Virus record (IMG/VR): IMGVR_UViG_3300017540_000007
Coordinates: 1 to 41,411 of that record
Strand: one strand, 5' to 3'
Length of the DNA stretch: 41,411 nt
Source: a virus
Taxonomy: Duplodnaviria; Caudoviricetes
Numbering within the stretch: position 1 is the first letter of the stretch; each line of letters begins with the position of its first letter. Shown piece by piece: positions 7,903-16,336 of this stretch. The position numbers were made by a program, and so were the translations under genes. The notes under the pieces were generated by a model. The model had not been told where the DNA came from, searched no databases, and saw only the letters and a list, made by a program, of their open reading frames with translations.

Positions 7903-8603
7903 TGATTGAAATTAAAACTCTTGCAACTGGAAGTAAAGGGAACTGCTATCACATTAGTGATGGTAGTACCCAATTGCTCCTGGAATGTGGAATTAGCTTT
8001 AAAGAGATTCAGAAGGGCTTGAATTTCGAAACTAGCAAGCTAGCAGGTGTATTGGTTACTCATGAGCATAAGGACCATTGTAAAGGCTTAGATTCGGTTT
8101 TGAAACGTGGGTTGGATGTTTATATGTCGAGAGGTACTAAAGAGGCTGTAGAGCTCGAACACCATCGAATAAAGACAGTTGAAAGTAAGAAGCAATTCAG
8201 AGTGGGCTCGTGGACCATATTGCCGTTTGACGTGCAGCATGACGTCTCAGAACCTTTAGGATTCTTATTGCAGAGCGATAACAGGGCAAAGTTATTATTT
8301 GCTACTGATACCTATTACATCAAATACAAATTTACTGGTTTAACTCATTTGCTAATTGAATGTAACTACGATCAACAAACTTTAGATGACAACGTTCTAA
8401 AAGGCCGTGTACATCCAGCAATGAGAAAAAGAGTGATGAAATCTCACTTTAGCCTTGAAAATTTACTAGAATTCTTTAAATCAAACGATTTAACAAAGGT
8501 ACAGGAGATTTGGTTATTGCACTTATCGGATGGTAACAGTAATGAGGAACGTATTCGAACAGAAGTAGCACGGGCAACTGGGAAGATGATTTATATCCCA
8601 TAG
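7902..8603 (+). CDS. MBL-fold metallo-hydrolase (YycJ-like nuclease)
   Basis: TGSKGN, THEHKDH, HD, ATDT, ECNYD, SH, LLHLS. Confidence 0.9.
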   Translation: MIEIKTLATGSKGNCYHISDGSTQLLLECGISFKEIQKGLNFETSKLAGVLVTHEHKDHCKGLDSVLKRGLDVYMSRGTKEAVELEHHRIKTVESKKQFRVGSWTILPFDVQHDVSEPLGFLLQSDNRAKLLFATDTYYIKYKFTGLTHLLIECNYDQQTLDDNVLKGRVHPAMRKRVMKSHFSLENLLEFFKSNDLTKVQEIWLLHLSDGNSNEERIRTEVARATGKMIYIP

Positions 8604-8622
8604 GGCAACAGGAGGGCAGAGA

Positions 8623-9516
8623 ATGAGTAACAAAAAATACTATTGGCTGAAGTTGAAAGAAGATTTTTTTAGGGACAAACGAATAAAGAAGCTACGTAAA
8701 ATTGCTGGTGGTGATACCTATACAATCATTTATTTGAAAATGCAGTTACTAAGTCTCAAAGATGAAGGGATTTTGTATTACGAGGGTGTCGAAGACGACT
8801 TTTACGAAGAAATAGCACTTGAAATTGATGAAGAAACGGAAAACGTTAAAATCACAATCATGTTTTTAACCGCTAATGGCTTATTGGAAGAAGTTGAAAA
8901 AGATAAGTACGTTCTTCTTGAAACGATGAAGTCAATTGGTAGTGAAAGTTCTAGTGCTGCAAGGGTTCGTAAGCACCGAGAAAAATCCAAAACGTTACAA
9001 TGTAACACCTCAGTAACAGGTGGTAACTCACCAGTAACAATTGGTAACACAGAGATAGAGATAGAGAAAGAACTAGAGTTAGATATAGAGTCAGAGAAAG
9101 AGAGAGAGAAAGAAAAAGAGAATCGTCCGTCGTCTTCCTCTCCTTCTCTAATAGATGTTCGGTTTGTAAAAATTAGAACCTTCTTCGATGAAAATATTCG
9201 AGTATCTACTTTCTCGGAACATAAAAAAATGTATGACCTATTAGATGATTACAATGATCCACAGTTAATTATTGAGGCTATCAAGCTATTAGGAGAAAAT
9301 GGAAAGCCAAATTTAAATTATGTAACAGGCATCTTGAAAAATTGGAAAGCAGAGTATGGCATTAATACTCATGAGGATTGGAAGGTGAAAATGAGTGCAA
9401 AGTCTCAAAGCGATAACAACCAACAGTCGATTCGAGGAAATCATGGAAAAAATGAAAGCTCGCTCGATGGATTCTACAAACAACTCGAACGAGACAAGCA
9501 AGCCTGGGGAGGATAA
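8623..9516 (+). CDS. Replisome organizer / replication initiator (Rep_org_N + DnaD-like C-terminus)
   Basis: KKYYWLKLKEDFF..IKKLRKIAGGDTYTIIYLKM; ARVRKHR; NYVTGILKNW. Confidence 0.9.
   Translation: MSNKKYYWLKLKEDFFRDKRIKKLRKIAGGDTYTIIYLKMQLLSLKDEGILYYEGVEDDFYEEIALEIDEETENVKITIMFLTANGLLEEVEKDKYVLLETMKSIGSESSSAARVRKHREKSKTLQCNTSVTGGNSPVTIGNTEIEIEKELELDIESEKEREKEKENRPSSSSPSLIDVRFVKIRTFFDENIRVSTFSEHKKMYDLLDDYNDPQLIIEAIKLLGENGKPNLNYVTGILKNWKAEYGINTHEDWKVKMSAKSQSDNNQQSIRGNHGKNESSLDGFYKQLERDKQAWGG
8993..9120. repeat. Putative replication origin: GTAAC iterons plus AG-rich tract
   Basis: GTTAC-AAT-GTAAC, with GTAAC at 9002, 9013, 9023, 9034, 9044 (10-11 bp period), followed by a purine-rich run, inside the initiator gene. 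Confidence 0.7.
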
Positions 9517-10291
9517 ATGCCCATTATGTGACGGATCAGAGTTTGTATTTTCTCACATTGATGAAAAAGGTTATGAATGGCATAAACCTTGTGAATGTCG
9601 TGAAAAAAATTCATGGAAGCGCAGATTTAAAAATGCACTAATCCCTGAAGAATTCACTCATGCAAATTTTGAAAACTATGAACGTAAAAACAACATGCAG
9701 CAACTGATGTATGACTTAGCGATGAAATATTTAAAAACGTTTCCTAAAGATCGTAATGAACTTAAAAAAGTAGGCGCTCAAAACTTCGGCTATATCGCAA
9801 CAATTGGTGAGCAGAGAATACGCCAACTCAATCCGAATGAGCGTACTGAAATTAAATACAAGCACAATAATTTCGGTATTGGTAAAACCCATCTTCAAAT
9901 AGCTGTAGCAAAGCAGTTAATTAAACAAGGCTTTTCTGTATTGGTAGTATCCGACGTGTCATTCATGGACGAAATGATGAATGCCAAACGAATGAATGAC
10001 GATGGTGAGACTTATAACGACTTACTAAATGTGGCCTTAAACGTAGATTTGCTTGTCTGGGATGACATTGGCAAAGCAAAACCTACTGAAGCCAAAGAAG
10101 GTCTCTACTACAACATCATTAATGAACGCTATAAAAAACGTAAGCCAATCATTTTTAACAGCAATGAGGACAAGTCTACTTTAGCTGATCGGATTGGTTA
10201 CGCAGCTAATAGTAGGTTGCTAGAAAAAGTTACCGGCGAGTCATATCACATACTTGATACAGAGGGAATTGATTATCGATTGAAAGGGTGA
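9395..10291 (+). CDS. DnaC/IstB-like helicase loader
   Basis: CPLC..CEC zinc motif, GIGKTHL, LLVWDDIG, IINERY, SRL. Confidence 0.88.
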   Translation: MQSLKAITTNSRFEEIMEKMKARSMDSTNNSNETSKPGEDKCPLCDGSEFVFSHIDEKGYEWHKPCECREKNSWKRRFKNALIPEEFTHANFENYERKNNMQQLMYDLAMKYLKTFPKDRNELKKVGAQNFGYIATIGEQRIRQLNPNERTEIKYKHNNFGIGKTHLQIAVAKQLIKQGFSVLVVSDVSFMDEMMNAKRMNDDGETYNDLLNVALNVDLLVWDDIGKAKPTEAKEGLYYNIINERYKKRKPIIFNSNEDKSTLADRIGYAANSRLLEKVTGESYHILDTEGIDYRLKG

Positions 10292-10298
10292 CCGATTA

Positions 10299-10550
10299 AT
10301 GACCGAACTAGAAAAACAAATCCTATTATTGCAGGGCTCTATTGAGATGTTTCAAATTGAAAAACAGCAAAACCTTCAACTTATGGATGAATTGCGATTG
10401 GCTTTGCAAGCTTCTGTCCTAGAAAAAAAGCAGTTGCGAGAGGCTCTTGTCCGAATTAAGTGTAAAACAGCATTTCATACCTTAACTCCTTTAAAACAAA
10501 TAAACGAGGTAAATAAAATTGCACACAAAGCACTGGGGGTGGGCTCATGA
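10299..10550 (+). CDS. Hypothetical coiled-coil protein
   Basis: ORF tightly packed in the early operon. Confidence 0.65.
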   Translation: MTELEKQILLLQGSIEMFQIEKQQNLQLMDELRLALQASVLEKKQLREALVRIKCKTAFHTLTPLKQINEVNKIAHKALGVGS

Positions 10551-10741
10551 ACGAAAAATTCATCATCAACCAGCTAACGCTCAGCGCATTTAGCTATCAC
10601 AAATTTGGAGACGAAAAGTTCAAACAATCATTTACAAATTGGATGGACAAGCTGCAACAACTTAAGAATTTCAGCACCCAAGAAGAAGCTTGCAATTACT
10701 ACATTGCATGGGGTGAAGAGGATGAAAAACTTTCAGCATAA
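10547..10741 (+). CDS. Hypothetical protein
   Basis: ATGA overlap; GGGGGTG RBS. Confidence 0.65.
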   Translation: MNEKFIINQLTLSAFSYHKFGDEKFKQSFTNWMDKLQQLKNFSTQEEACNYYIAWGEEDEKLSA

Positions 10742-10876
10742 TTTCAAACGCATGTTTTACTATGAACAATTAAAGCAAATGGGGATTACAGAAGTAAATG
10801 GAGTGCCAGTGCAAAAATTTCAGATCACGATTTAAAGCATGCACTTACTATTGCTCGAATCAAGGAGGGAGCTTAG
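10722..10876 (+). pseudogene. Small hypothetical gene with an apparent 1-nt frameshift at the A5 run (10813-10817)
   Basis: Frame 0 from ATG 10722 stops at 10835; the -1 frame reads SDHDLKHALTIARIKEGA* and ends flush with the next ATG at 10877. Confidence 0.45.
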
Positions 10877-11110
10877 ATGGATAACTTGTTTTCTAGTATT
10901 TTGAAAGCATACTCAGATGGTTATAAGAAAGCAACGGAGCAATTGATCTCAGAAGGTCGGCTTGTTAAGGAAGAGGATACATTACTTTTACCTGGAACAA
11001 TTGAGCTCGTTAAAGAAATTGAAGCAGCTCAAATTAATCTGGCCATCGACAAGGCACTAGACCAACGAGACTTCGACACTTGTAGAAAGTTGGTGGCGCT
11101 ATGCAAATGA
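10877..11110 (+). CDS. IDEAL-domain protein
   Basis: C-terminal IDKALDQRDFDTCRKL; AAGGAGG RBS. Confidence 0.75.
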   Translation: MDNLFSSILKAYSDGYKKATEQLISEGRLVKEEDTLLLPGTIELVKEIEAAQINLAIDKALDQRDFDTCRKLVALCK

Positions 11111-11355
11111 CGAAAAACGGGATTCCATTAGACATCCCGGGTCAAAGTAAAAAACTTTCCAAAGTGCAGGTTCAAAAACCACAAAGTGAGTTCAATAAGT
11201 TTTACAAGTTCGCCACAATGGTCGGCTTTGAAGAGGGTTGCCATGTTACAGCTGTGGTGCCGATGGGGCATCCGGATTTTAAAACGTTTTTGAATCAGGG
11301 CTATGTAGTGATTGATATTTGGATTAATCGAGATCAGAAGGAGGAATCGGCGTGA
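11101..11355 (+). CDS. Hypothetical protein
   Basis: Overlap-coupled ORF in the early operon. Confidence 0.65.
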   Translation: MQMTKNGIPLDIPGQSKKLSKVQVQKPQSEFNKFYKFATMVGFEEGCHVTAVVPMGHPDFKTFLNQGYVVIDIWINRDQKEESA

Positions 11356-11447
11356 GCACATTTGGAAATATATTAGTCGGCATCATTGTCATCTTAGGAG
11401 CAATACTTATGTTCAAAATGGAATGGGAAGGAATGAGAAAAAAGTGA
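11352..11447 (+). CDS. 31-aa single-TM peptide
   Basis: GGAGG RBS, GTG start, [31 protein letters not shown]; GTGA overlaps at both ends. Confidence 0.65.
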   Translation: MSTFGNILVGIIVILGAILMFKMEWEGMRKK

Positions 11448-11602
11448 CAAATGAAGAATTACAAACATTAAAGGCTGCAAAAGTAGTAATCGAAAAATTA
11501 GCGCGATCTTTAGGAGTGGATATCTCAGAATTAGATGAAAATTACGGTGATGCTCACAAAAACTTAGAAAATCTAATTGTTAGATGGGAGGTTACGTCAT
11601 GA
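11444..11602 (+). CDS. Hypothetical 52-aa protein
   Basis: 3' part of track ORF 11312-11602; GTG start overlapping the previous stop. Confidence 0.55.
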   Translation: MTNEELQTLKAAKVVIEKLARSLGVDISELDENYGDAHKNLENLIVRWEVTS

Positions 11603-12153
11603 TTAACCGTGTTGTATTGGTTGGTCGTCTTACGAAAGATCCGGAATTGAAGTATACGCCGTCTGGGGTCCAAATGGCCAGATTCACAGTAGCGGTCAAC
11701 AGAACATTTAAGCAAGAGGGGCAACCAGAAGCCGATTTTATCGGTTGCCTGGCCTGGAGAAAACAAGCCGAGAACCTAGCAAACTTCATGAAGAAAGGTA
11801 GTTTGATTGGAGTTGAAGGTCGCATTCAAACAGGTAGCTTTGAGGGGCAAGATGGTAAACGTGTATATACAAGCGATGTTATTGCGGATTCAATCCAGTT
11901 TTTAGAACCACGTTCAAGCAATTCAGAATCGTCAAATTCGGCTCCAAACTATCAATCTAGTCCTAATTATCAACCGCAACCACAAACACAAAATACAGGG
12001 CAATATGGCGGTTATACTCAACAAAATAACGCTCAAAATGCTCAGTATGGTCAACAAAATTACACAAGAGTGGAAGAAGATCCATTTGCAAAGGGTAATG
12101 TACCTCCTGTTAGTGAGGATGATCTCCCTTTTGATAACCGGCAAGTGAGATAG
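11599..12153 (+). CDS. ssb: Single-stranded DNA-binding protein
   Basis: [41 protein letters not shown]; DDLPF followed by extra DNRQVR. Confidence 0.97.
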   Translation: MINRVVLVGRLTKDPELKYTPSGVQMARFTVAVNRTFKQEGQPEADFIGCLAWRKQAENLANFMKKGSLIGVEGRIQTGSFEGQDGKRVYTSDVIADSIQFLEPRSSNSESSNSAPNYQSSPNYQPQPQTQNTGQYGGYTQQNNAQNAQYGQQNYTRVEEDPFAKGNVPPVSEDDLPFDNRQVR

Positions 12154-12190
12154 CTTGCCGTAAAAATATAAATTGAAGGAGCAATACAAA

Positions 12191-12688
12191 ATGGACTATG
12201 CAAAATTATTAGAGATGCAAGATGAGTTAGACCAACACATTTTGTCTAAACATAAATTGAAATTTATCGAATTACCAAAAATGGTCTTAGCGGCAATTAC
12301 AGAACTGAGTGAAGCATGTAATGATTCACAGTGCTTCAAGTACTGGAAAGTAAACTCTCAACCTAAAGCGAGCTTGCTAGAAGAAGTAGCGGATTTTACA
12401 CATTTCCTTGCTTCTCTATCTAATCGTTTTAAAGTCGAAACTAAGGATATACAAGGCCAAGGTGCAATTAAAAATAAAGACATTAACCATCATTTCATAG
12501 AAATGCATTACGTCGTATCTGTTATTGGTGTATATCCTGGGGCCAAGGAAAGACAAAAGAATGTATTGATTTTATGGTCCCTATTCAAGGGATTGTTAGA
12601 GCATCTTAACTTTTCAGAAGAACAAGTTTTCGAAGCCTATTTAAAGAAACATGAAGAAAACTATCAACGCCAGGAGAGTGGCTATTGA
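12191..12688 (+). CDS. Dimeric (all-alpha) dUTPase
   Basis: Q.ELD, ELSEA.N..CFKYWK, LLEEVADFTHF, YLKKHEENYQRQESGY. Confidence 0.88.
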   Translation: MDYAKLLEMQDELDQHILSKHKLKFIELPKMVLAAITELSEACNDSQCFKYWKVNSQPKASLLEEVADFTHFLASLSNRFKVETKDIQGQGAIKNKDINHHFIEMHYVVSVIGVYPGAKERQKNVLILWSLFKGLLEHLNFSEEQVFEAYLKKHEENYQRQESGY

Positions 12689-12933
12689 TGAAACCTAAAG
12701 GCTTTAATCACTTCGATTCAACAAACGACATTTTCGACAGATTTCAAACTGTTACAAACAAAATTCGGTTTGAAAATCGTGTATATGAATATCAAAAAAT
12801 TCATTTCAAAGACGAAGTAACAAAACATATTTATCGTTGTGAACAAGAACAACACAATCTAATTATTTCAACAATGGGTAACGTAGTAGTAAATGTTGAA
12901 GGTATCTACAGTATCGATACAGTACTTTTATAG
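12685..12933 (+). CDS. Hypothetical protein
   Basis: AGGAG RBS; abuts the dUTPase gene. Confidence 0.65.
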   Translation: MMKPKGFNHFDSTNDIFDRFQTVTNKIRFENRVYEYQKIHFKDEVTKHIYRCEQEQHNLIISTMGNVVVNVEGIYSIDTVLL

Positions 12934-12971
12934 AAAAAAATTATCCAGATGATATTTAGAAGGCTTAAGGA

Positions 12972-13193
12972 GTGAAGTTTATATTGGATGAAAAAGTGAA
13001 AACGCCCTGGTATAAACGGATCTACGCACTATATAAAGGTGATAGATTTATTGCAGAGGGAACAATTCGAGAGATTCATAGGGAGACGGGTAAGTCGATT
13101 AACCAACTAAAATACATGACATATCCTTTTTACGAGAAACGTTGTGAAAATGCCAAGAATCGATTATACATGGTTTCGTTAGATGATGAGTAA
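12972..13193 (+). CDS. Conserved small phage protein
   Basis: IYALYKGDRFIAEGTIREI motif typical of Bacillota phages. Confidence 0.7.
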   Translation: MKFILDEKVKTPWYKRIYALYKGDRFIAEGTIREIHRETGKSINQLKYMTYPFYEKRCENAKNRLYMVSLDDE

Positions 13194-13209
13194 TTGAAGC
13201 ATTTCTGTA

Positions 13210-13488
13210 ATGAGAGTAGGTGGTATTATCGTGCAGCAACTCAGTTTCAATTTTGATATTTGGTTCTCGAAATTGAATGATTTAGTACTGTTTCCTGAAG
13301 GTACCTATATTCATTTATATCATATCAATGTTGAAAATAGAGTTATTGATGGTCTTTATAAAGTAATTAAGCATTCCAGAGATAGCATTGAGGTTCTTTA
13401 CCACTATAAATATGACAAGGATAGTTGGACGTTTACAACTACTCTGATTAAGCATTCAAAAATTGTCAAATTCAAAGGTTGGTACTGA
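13210..13488 (+). CDS. Hypothetical protein (start possibly GTG 13231)
   Basis: ORF; AGGTGG upstream of 13231. Confidence 0.6.
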   Translation: MRVGGIIVQQLSFNFDIWFSKLNDLVLFPEGTYIHLYHINVENRVIDGLYKVIKHSRDSIEVLYHYKYDKDSWTFTTTLIKHSKIVKFKGWY

Positions 13489-13517
13489 ATTGAACGATAT
13501 TGAACAGTAAGTGAGGT

Positions 13518-13724
13518 GTGATGATGAAGTTTCCTATTACTGATTTAAATGAAGCTCTAAAGTATGTTGGAAAATTAGAAAATGAGAGCGCTGAAAGACT
13601 TGAGTTGCTTATTGAAGTAAGCAATGAAGTTAAAAAAGGTAATTATGAAGTTGCTTGGAAAAAGGCTATTGCACATGTAGAAGGATTGGATTTTGATTTA
13701 TTAATGAAAGGTCATTATGAATAA
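13518..13724 (+). CDS. Hypothetical protein
   Basis: GAGGTG RBS. Confidence 0.65.
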   Translation: MMMKFPITDLNEALKYVGKLENESAERLELLIEVSNEVKKGNYEVAWKKAIAHVEGLDFDLLMKGHYE

Positions 13725-13781
13725 TTTGATTAATGAATAATTCGAAGAACGATATTGTGCAATAAGGAGAGGGAGATAAAA

Positions 13782-14192
13782 ATGGGATTAGATACAACAC
13801 ACGATGCTTTTCATGGAGCATATTCGGCTTTTAATAGTTTTAGAAAGTTTGTCTTAGAATCAATCGGAGGTAGTTATCCTCCTCACAAAGATAAAACTTT
13901 AAAAGATGATTATTGGTATTGGGGAGAAGATAGTGGTTTCGGTAGTGAAACTCATAAGGGTTTATTAGAATTCCTTGCTCATTCTGATTGTGATGGGGAA
14001 ATTTCTCCAGAAATGTGTAAAGTAGTCGCAGATGAATTAGAAGCGATTCTACCACAAATTAAGGAACGTGCAAAAACAGTTGAAGCATACGGTCATATAT
14101 TAAGAGATGGTGGATATGTACAAGTAACAAAGCTATTTATAGAAGGTTGTAGATTGGCACACGAAAGAAATGAACCTTTGGAGTTTAGGTAA
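13782..14192 (+). CDS. Conserved phage protein with HSDCDG motif
   Basis: GGGAG RBS; MGLD..YSAFNSFRK..FLAHSDCDGEISPEMC. Confidence 0.75.
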   Translation: MGLDTTHDAFHGAYSAFNSFRKFVLESIGGSYPPHKDKTLKDDYWYWGEDSGFGSETHKGLLEFLAHSDCDGEISPEMCKVVADELEAILPQIKERAKTVEAYGHILRDGGYVQVTKLFIEGCRLAHERNEPLEFR

Positions 14193-14288
14193 TATCTAAT
14201 GAACACTTCGACGAAATAACGATAAAACAAGCACCCTTATACATAACTATCTTACAACTATCTTATGTATAAGGTGAAGGAGGGCAAC

Positions 14289-14708
14289 ATGGGCAAAATA
14301 CAATTCGAAATACCCGGAGATGTTCAGGCTCAGCAAAGACCAAGGTTTTCACGCATGGGCAAAGGTGTGAAGGCTATTGATCCTGACGAAAGTAGAAACT
14401 ATAAATCATTTGTTAGATTGATTGCTGCTGAATATGCACCTGAAACAATTATTACTGATGATATCAAATTAACAATCGATGTTTATCGGAAGATACCAAA
14501 ATCATTTAGTAAGAAGAAGCATCAGATGGCTATAGATGGAGTAGTAAGGCCCACAACTAAACCAGACATCGATAATTTAGCAAAAGGTATCAAGGACGGT
14601 CTAAGCAAGGTTTTATGGCATGATGATAGCCAAGTAATTGAACTGGTAGCTCGTAAGTGGTATTCAGACAGTCCGAAAGCTGTGGTGACAGTAGAATGGG
14701 TGTCTTAA
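14289..14708 (+). CDS. rusA: RusA-family Holliday junction resolvase
   Basis: QQRPRF, PTTKPDIDNLAKGIKDGL..WHDDSQV. Confidence 0.92.
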   Translation: MGKIQFEIPGDVQAQQRPRFSRMGKGVKAIDPDESRNYKSFVRLIAAEYAPETIITDDIKLTIDVYRKIPKSFSKKKHQMAIDGVVRPTTKPDIDNLAKGIKDGLSKVLWHDDSQVIELVARKWYSDSPKAVVTVEWVS

Positions 14709-14902
14709 ATAAACAAGAACGTCTTAAAGCATTGTACAAGCAAGAATTGCTTAATAAAGTTCATTGTAAATATTGTGAAATCGGGAATGAAAGAAATAGT
14801 CCTGAGTTATGTGATGGTTGTGCGATTTATGAACAACTTCATAAAATCGGTGAAGTGTTTAGTAAAACAGTTAGGGAGAGGGATGATGAGGAAGCTAGCT
14901 AG
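14696..14902 (+). CDS. Small zinc-finger protein
   Basis: HCKYC-x11-CDGCAIYEQLHKIG. Confidence 0.7.
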   Translation: MGVLNKQERLKALYKQELLNKVHCKYCEIGNERNSPELCDGCAIYEQLHKIGEVFSKTVRERDDEEAS

Positions 14903-14932
14903 TATTCTTTCAAGTAACTGATAGGGAAACCC

Positions 14933-15127
14933 CTACCAGAACTTGATAGCGAAAACTAAGATTGCTACTCCAATAATTACTTTTCCAACTGAAGATGATA
15001 GAAAAGATTCTAGTAGGTCTCTAGCAAAGTTTAAGGCTAATCCTACAACAACACCGAGAATGATTAGAGGAGCTACTACTAGCAATGCCTTAATCATTTC
15101 AGGAAAGAAAAATTCAGACAGATTCAT
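14933..15127 (-). CDS. Two-TM membrane protein moron
   Basis: AGGTGA RBS; own extended -10 TGCTATAAT (15154-15162, minus); two hydrophobic segments. Confidence 0.7.
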   Translation of the reverse strand: MNLSEFFFPEMIKALLVVAPLIILGVVVGLALNFARDLLESFLSSSVGKVIIGVAILVFAIKFW

Positions 15128-15182
15128 ATTTCACCTACTTTCTTTTTTTACAAATTATAGCAGTAAATGGGAAAATAGGCAT

Positions 15183-15243
15183 AAAAAAAGCTGCAGCCTT
15201 TGCCACAGCCTTCAAATAATATTTCCGCAAATCTATTATACCA
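15183..15243 (-). ncRNA. Putative antisense sRNA unit 3
   Basis: Minus-strand TGGTATAAT (15235-15243); hairpin GCUGUGGC-AAAG-GCUGCAGC + U7, pairing fully only on minus. Confidence 0.5.
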
Positions 15244-15257
15244 TGGAGGGCAATCTT

Positions 15258-15671
15258 ATGGGCAAAGGGCAATTAGCAGTAAATAAATTTGATCTTGATA
15301 CAATGATTACAGATTATCACTGGATGTTAAATGCGGTAAAAGATATAAGAGCAGAAATAGAGATTGGTGCAAAAACAGCTCAATACGGAATTGAAGCAAG
15401 TATGCCTAAAGGGCAGGGGAATACGAGTGATCCAGTAGAGCTTGAAGTAACCAGAAGAGCGAAGAAGATTAAGAGACTACAAGAATACGAAATGAGGTTA
15501 TGGGAAGTACAGCAACGCATCGGAAGAGTGAAGGGGATCCGGGAAATTCAAGTTCTGGATTGGATGCTTGATGGGAAATCACTAAGATGGATTGGTAAAA
15601 CGATGGGGCTAAGTCATACACATATTCAAAATATCAAGGATAGCATTGTTGAGCAGATGATGTGCAACTAG
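15258..15671 (+). CDS. Late transcriptional activator (ArpU/RinA-like, C-terminal HTH)
   Basis: GGAGG RBS; TAQYGIEASMPK, VLDWMLDGKSLRWIGKTMGLSHTHI; last early gene. Track start 14943 is too long. Confidence 0.8.
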   Translation: MGKGQLAVNKFDLDTMITDYHWMLNAVKDIRAEIEIGAKTAQYGIEASMPKGQGNTSDPVELEVTRRAKKIKRLQEYEMRLWEVQQRIGRVKGIREIQVLDWMLDGKSLRWIGKTMGLSHTHIQNIKDSIVEQMMCN

Positions 15672-15829
15672 TACTTGCTTTGACAATCATTTAATAATTT
15701 ATCGAGTCTTTGACTTAATCTTATAGTAGTTGGGTGGTTTAGACCATTTTTCATACCAAATTCAATAAGTCTACCTCTTAATCTTTGAATGATTAATAGT
15801 TTATTTTTTCGCACATTAATAGTATTCAT
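15668..15829 (-). CDS. Spo0E-family aspartyl-phosphate phosphatase-like protein (53 aa)
   Basis: AGGAG RBS; MNTINVRKNKLLIIQRLRGRLIEFGMKNGLNHPTTIRLSQRLDKLLNDCQSKY, with SQxLD signature. Confidence 0.8.
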   Translation of the reverse strand: MNTINVRKNKLLIIQRLRGRLIEFGMKNGLNHPTTIRLSQRLDKLLNDCQSKY

Positions 15830-15958
15830 ACGATAATTACTCCTAGTTATTTTATATAAAATAAATATACAGAAAAGTGTAAAGGAATTAAATGGTAAAA
15901 ATTAATGAAAAATGAACACTTTCCATTAATTTTTGTTGAGTTTTCATAAGTTAATGAG

Positions 15959-16023
15959 TTGCCACACTTGCCAAAGTTGCCATACTTTCCACTTTTCGCA
16001 AACTCATAAAAATACTTTACAAT
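15959..16023 (+). promoter_or_regulatory. Probable activator-dependent late promoter: five 9-bp repeats (TTGCCAnnn) then -10 TACAAT
   Basis: TTGCCACAC TTGCCAAAG TTGCCATAC TTTCCACTT TTCGCAAAC; no consensus -35. Confidence 0.65.
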
Positions 16024-16336
16024 GGGAGGTAGGACGGAGCGGTTAATATTTCGGTCTTTCCAAAATTTTCTTCAACAGTAGGAGAAAGAAAGACGACCGA
16101 CGACACGCGCCGAAAGTCGTACATCGAAGAAGCGACAACACGATCGTCCCAGTATTTATGGGAGGGGTGTTTTTATGTAATTAGTTATATAAATACATTT
16201 AGTTATTTAATAAATAAACAAAAAATTAAAAATAGATAATACATTTATGTAGATAATTTTTTTCACACTATAAAAATTGAAAGGCAGATGCTACGCACCT
16301 GTTTTTACCACAATACAATTGAGTTGTTATATGAGG

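Noticed and set aside
14943-15257. N-terminal extension of the late activator
   Set aside because: Antisense to the membrane moron; the RBS supports 15258
15959-16003. 9-bp repeats as a CRISPR or mini-array
   Set aside because: No spacers and too short; fits activator binding sites. No CRISPR array, tRNA or rRNA was seen in the window.
16092-16148. Hammerhead ribozyme or c-di-GMP riboswitch
   Set aside because: Lacks the CUGANGA core and the GEMM consensus; kept only as an unknown structure
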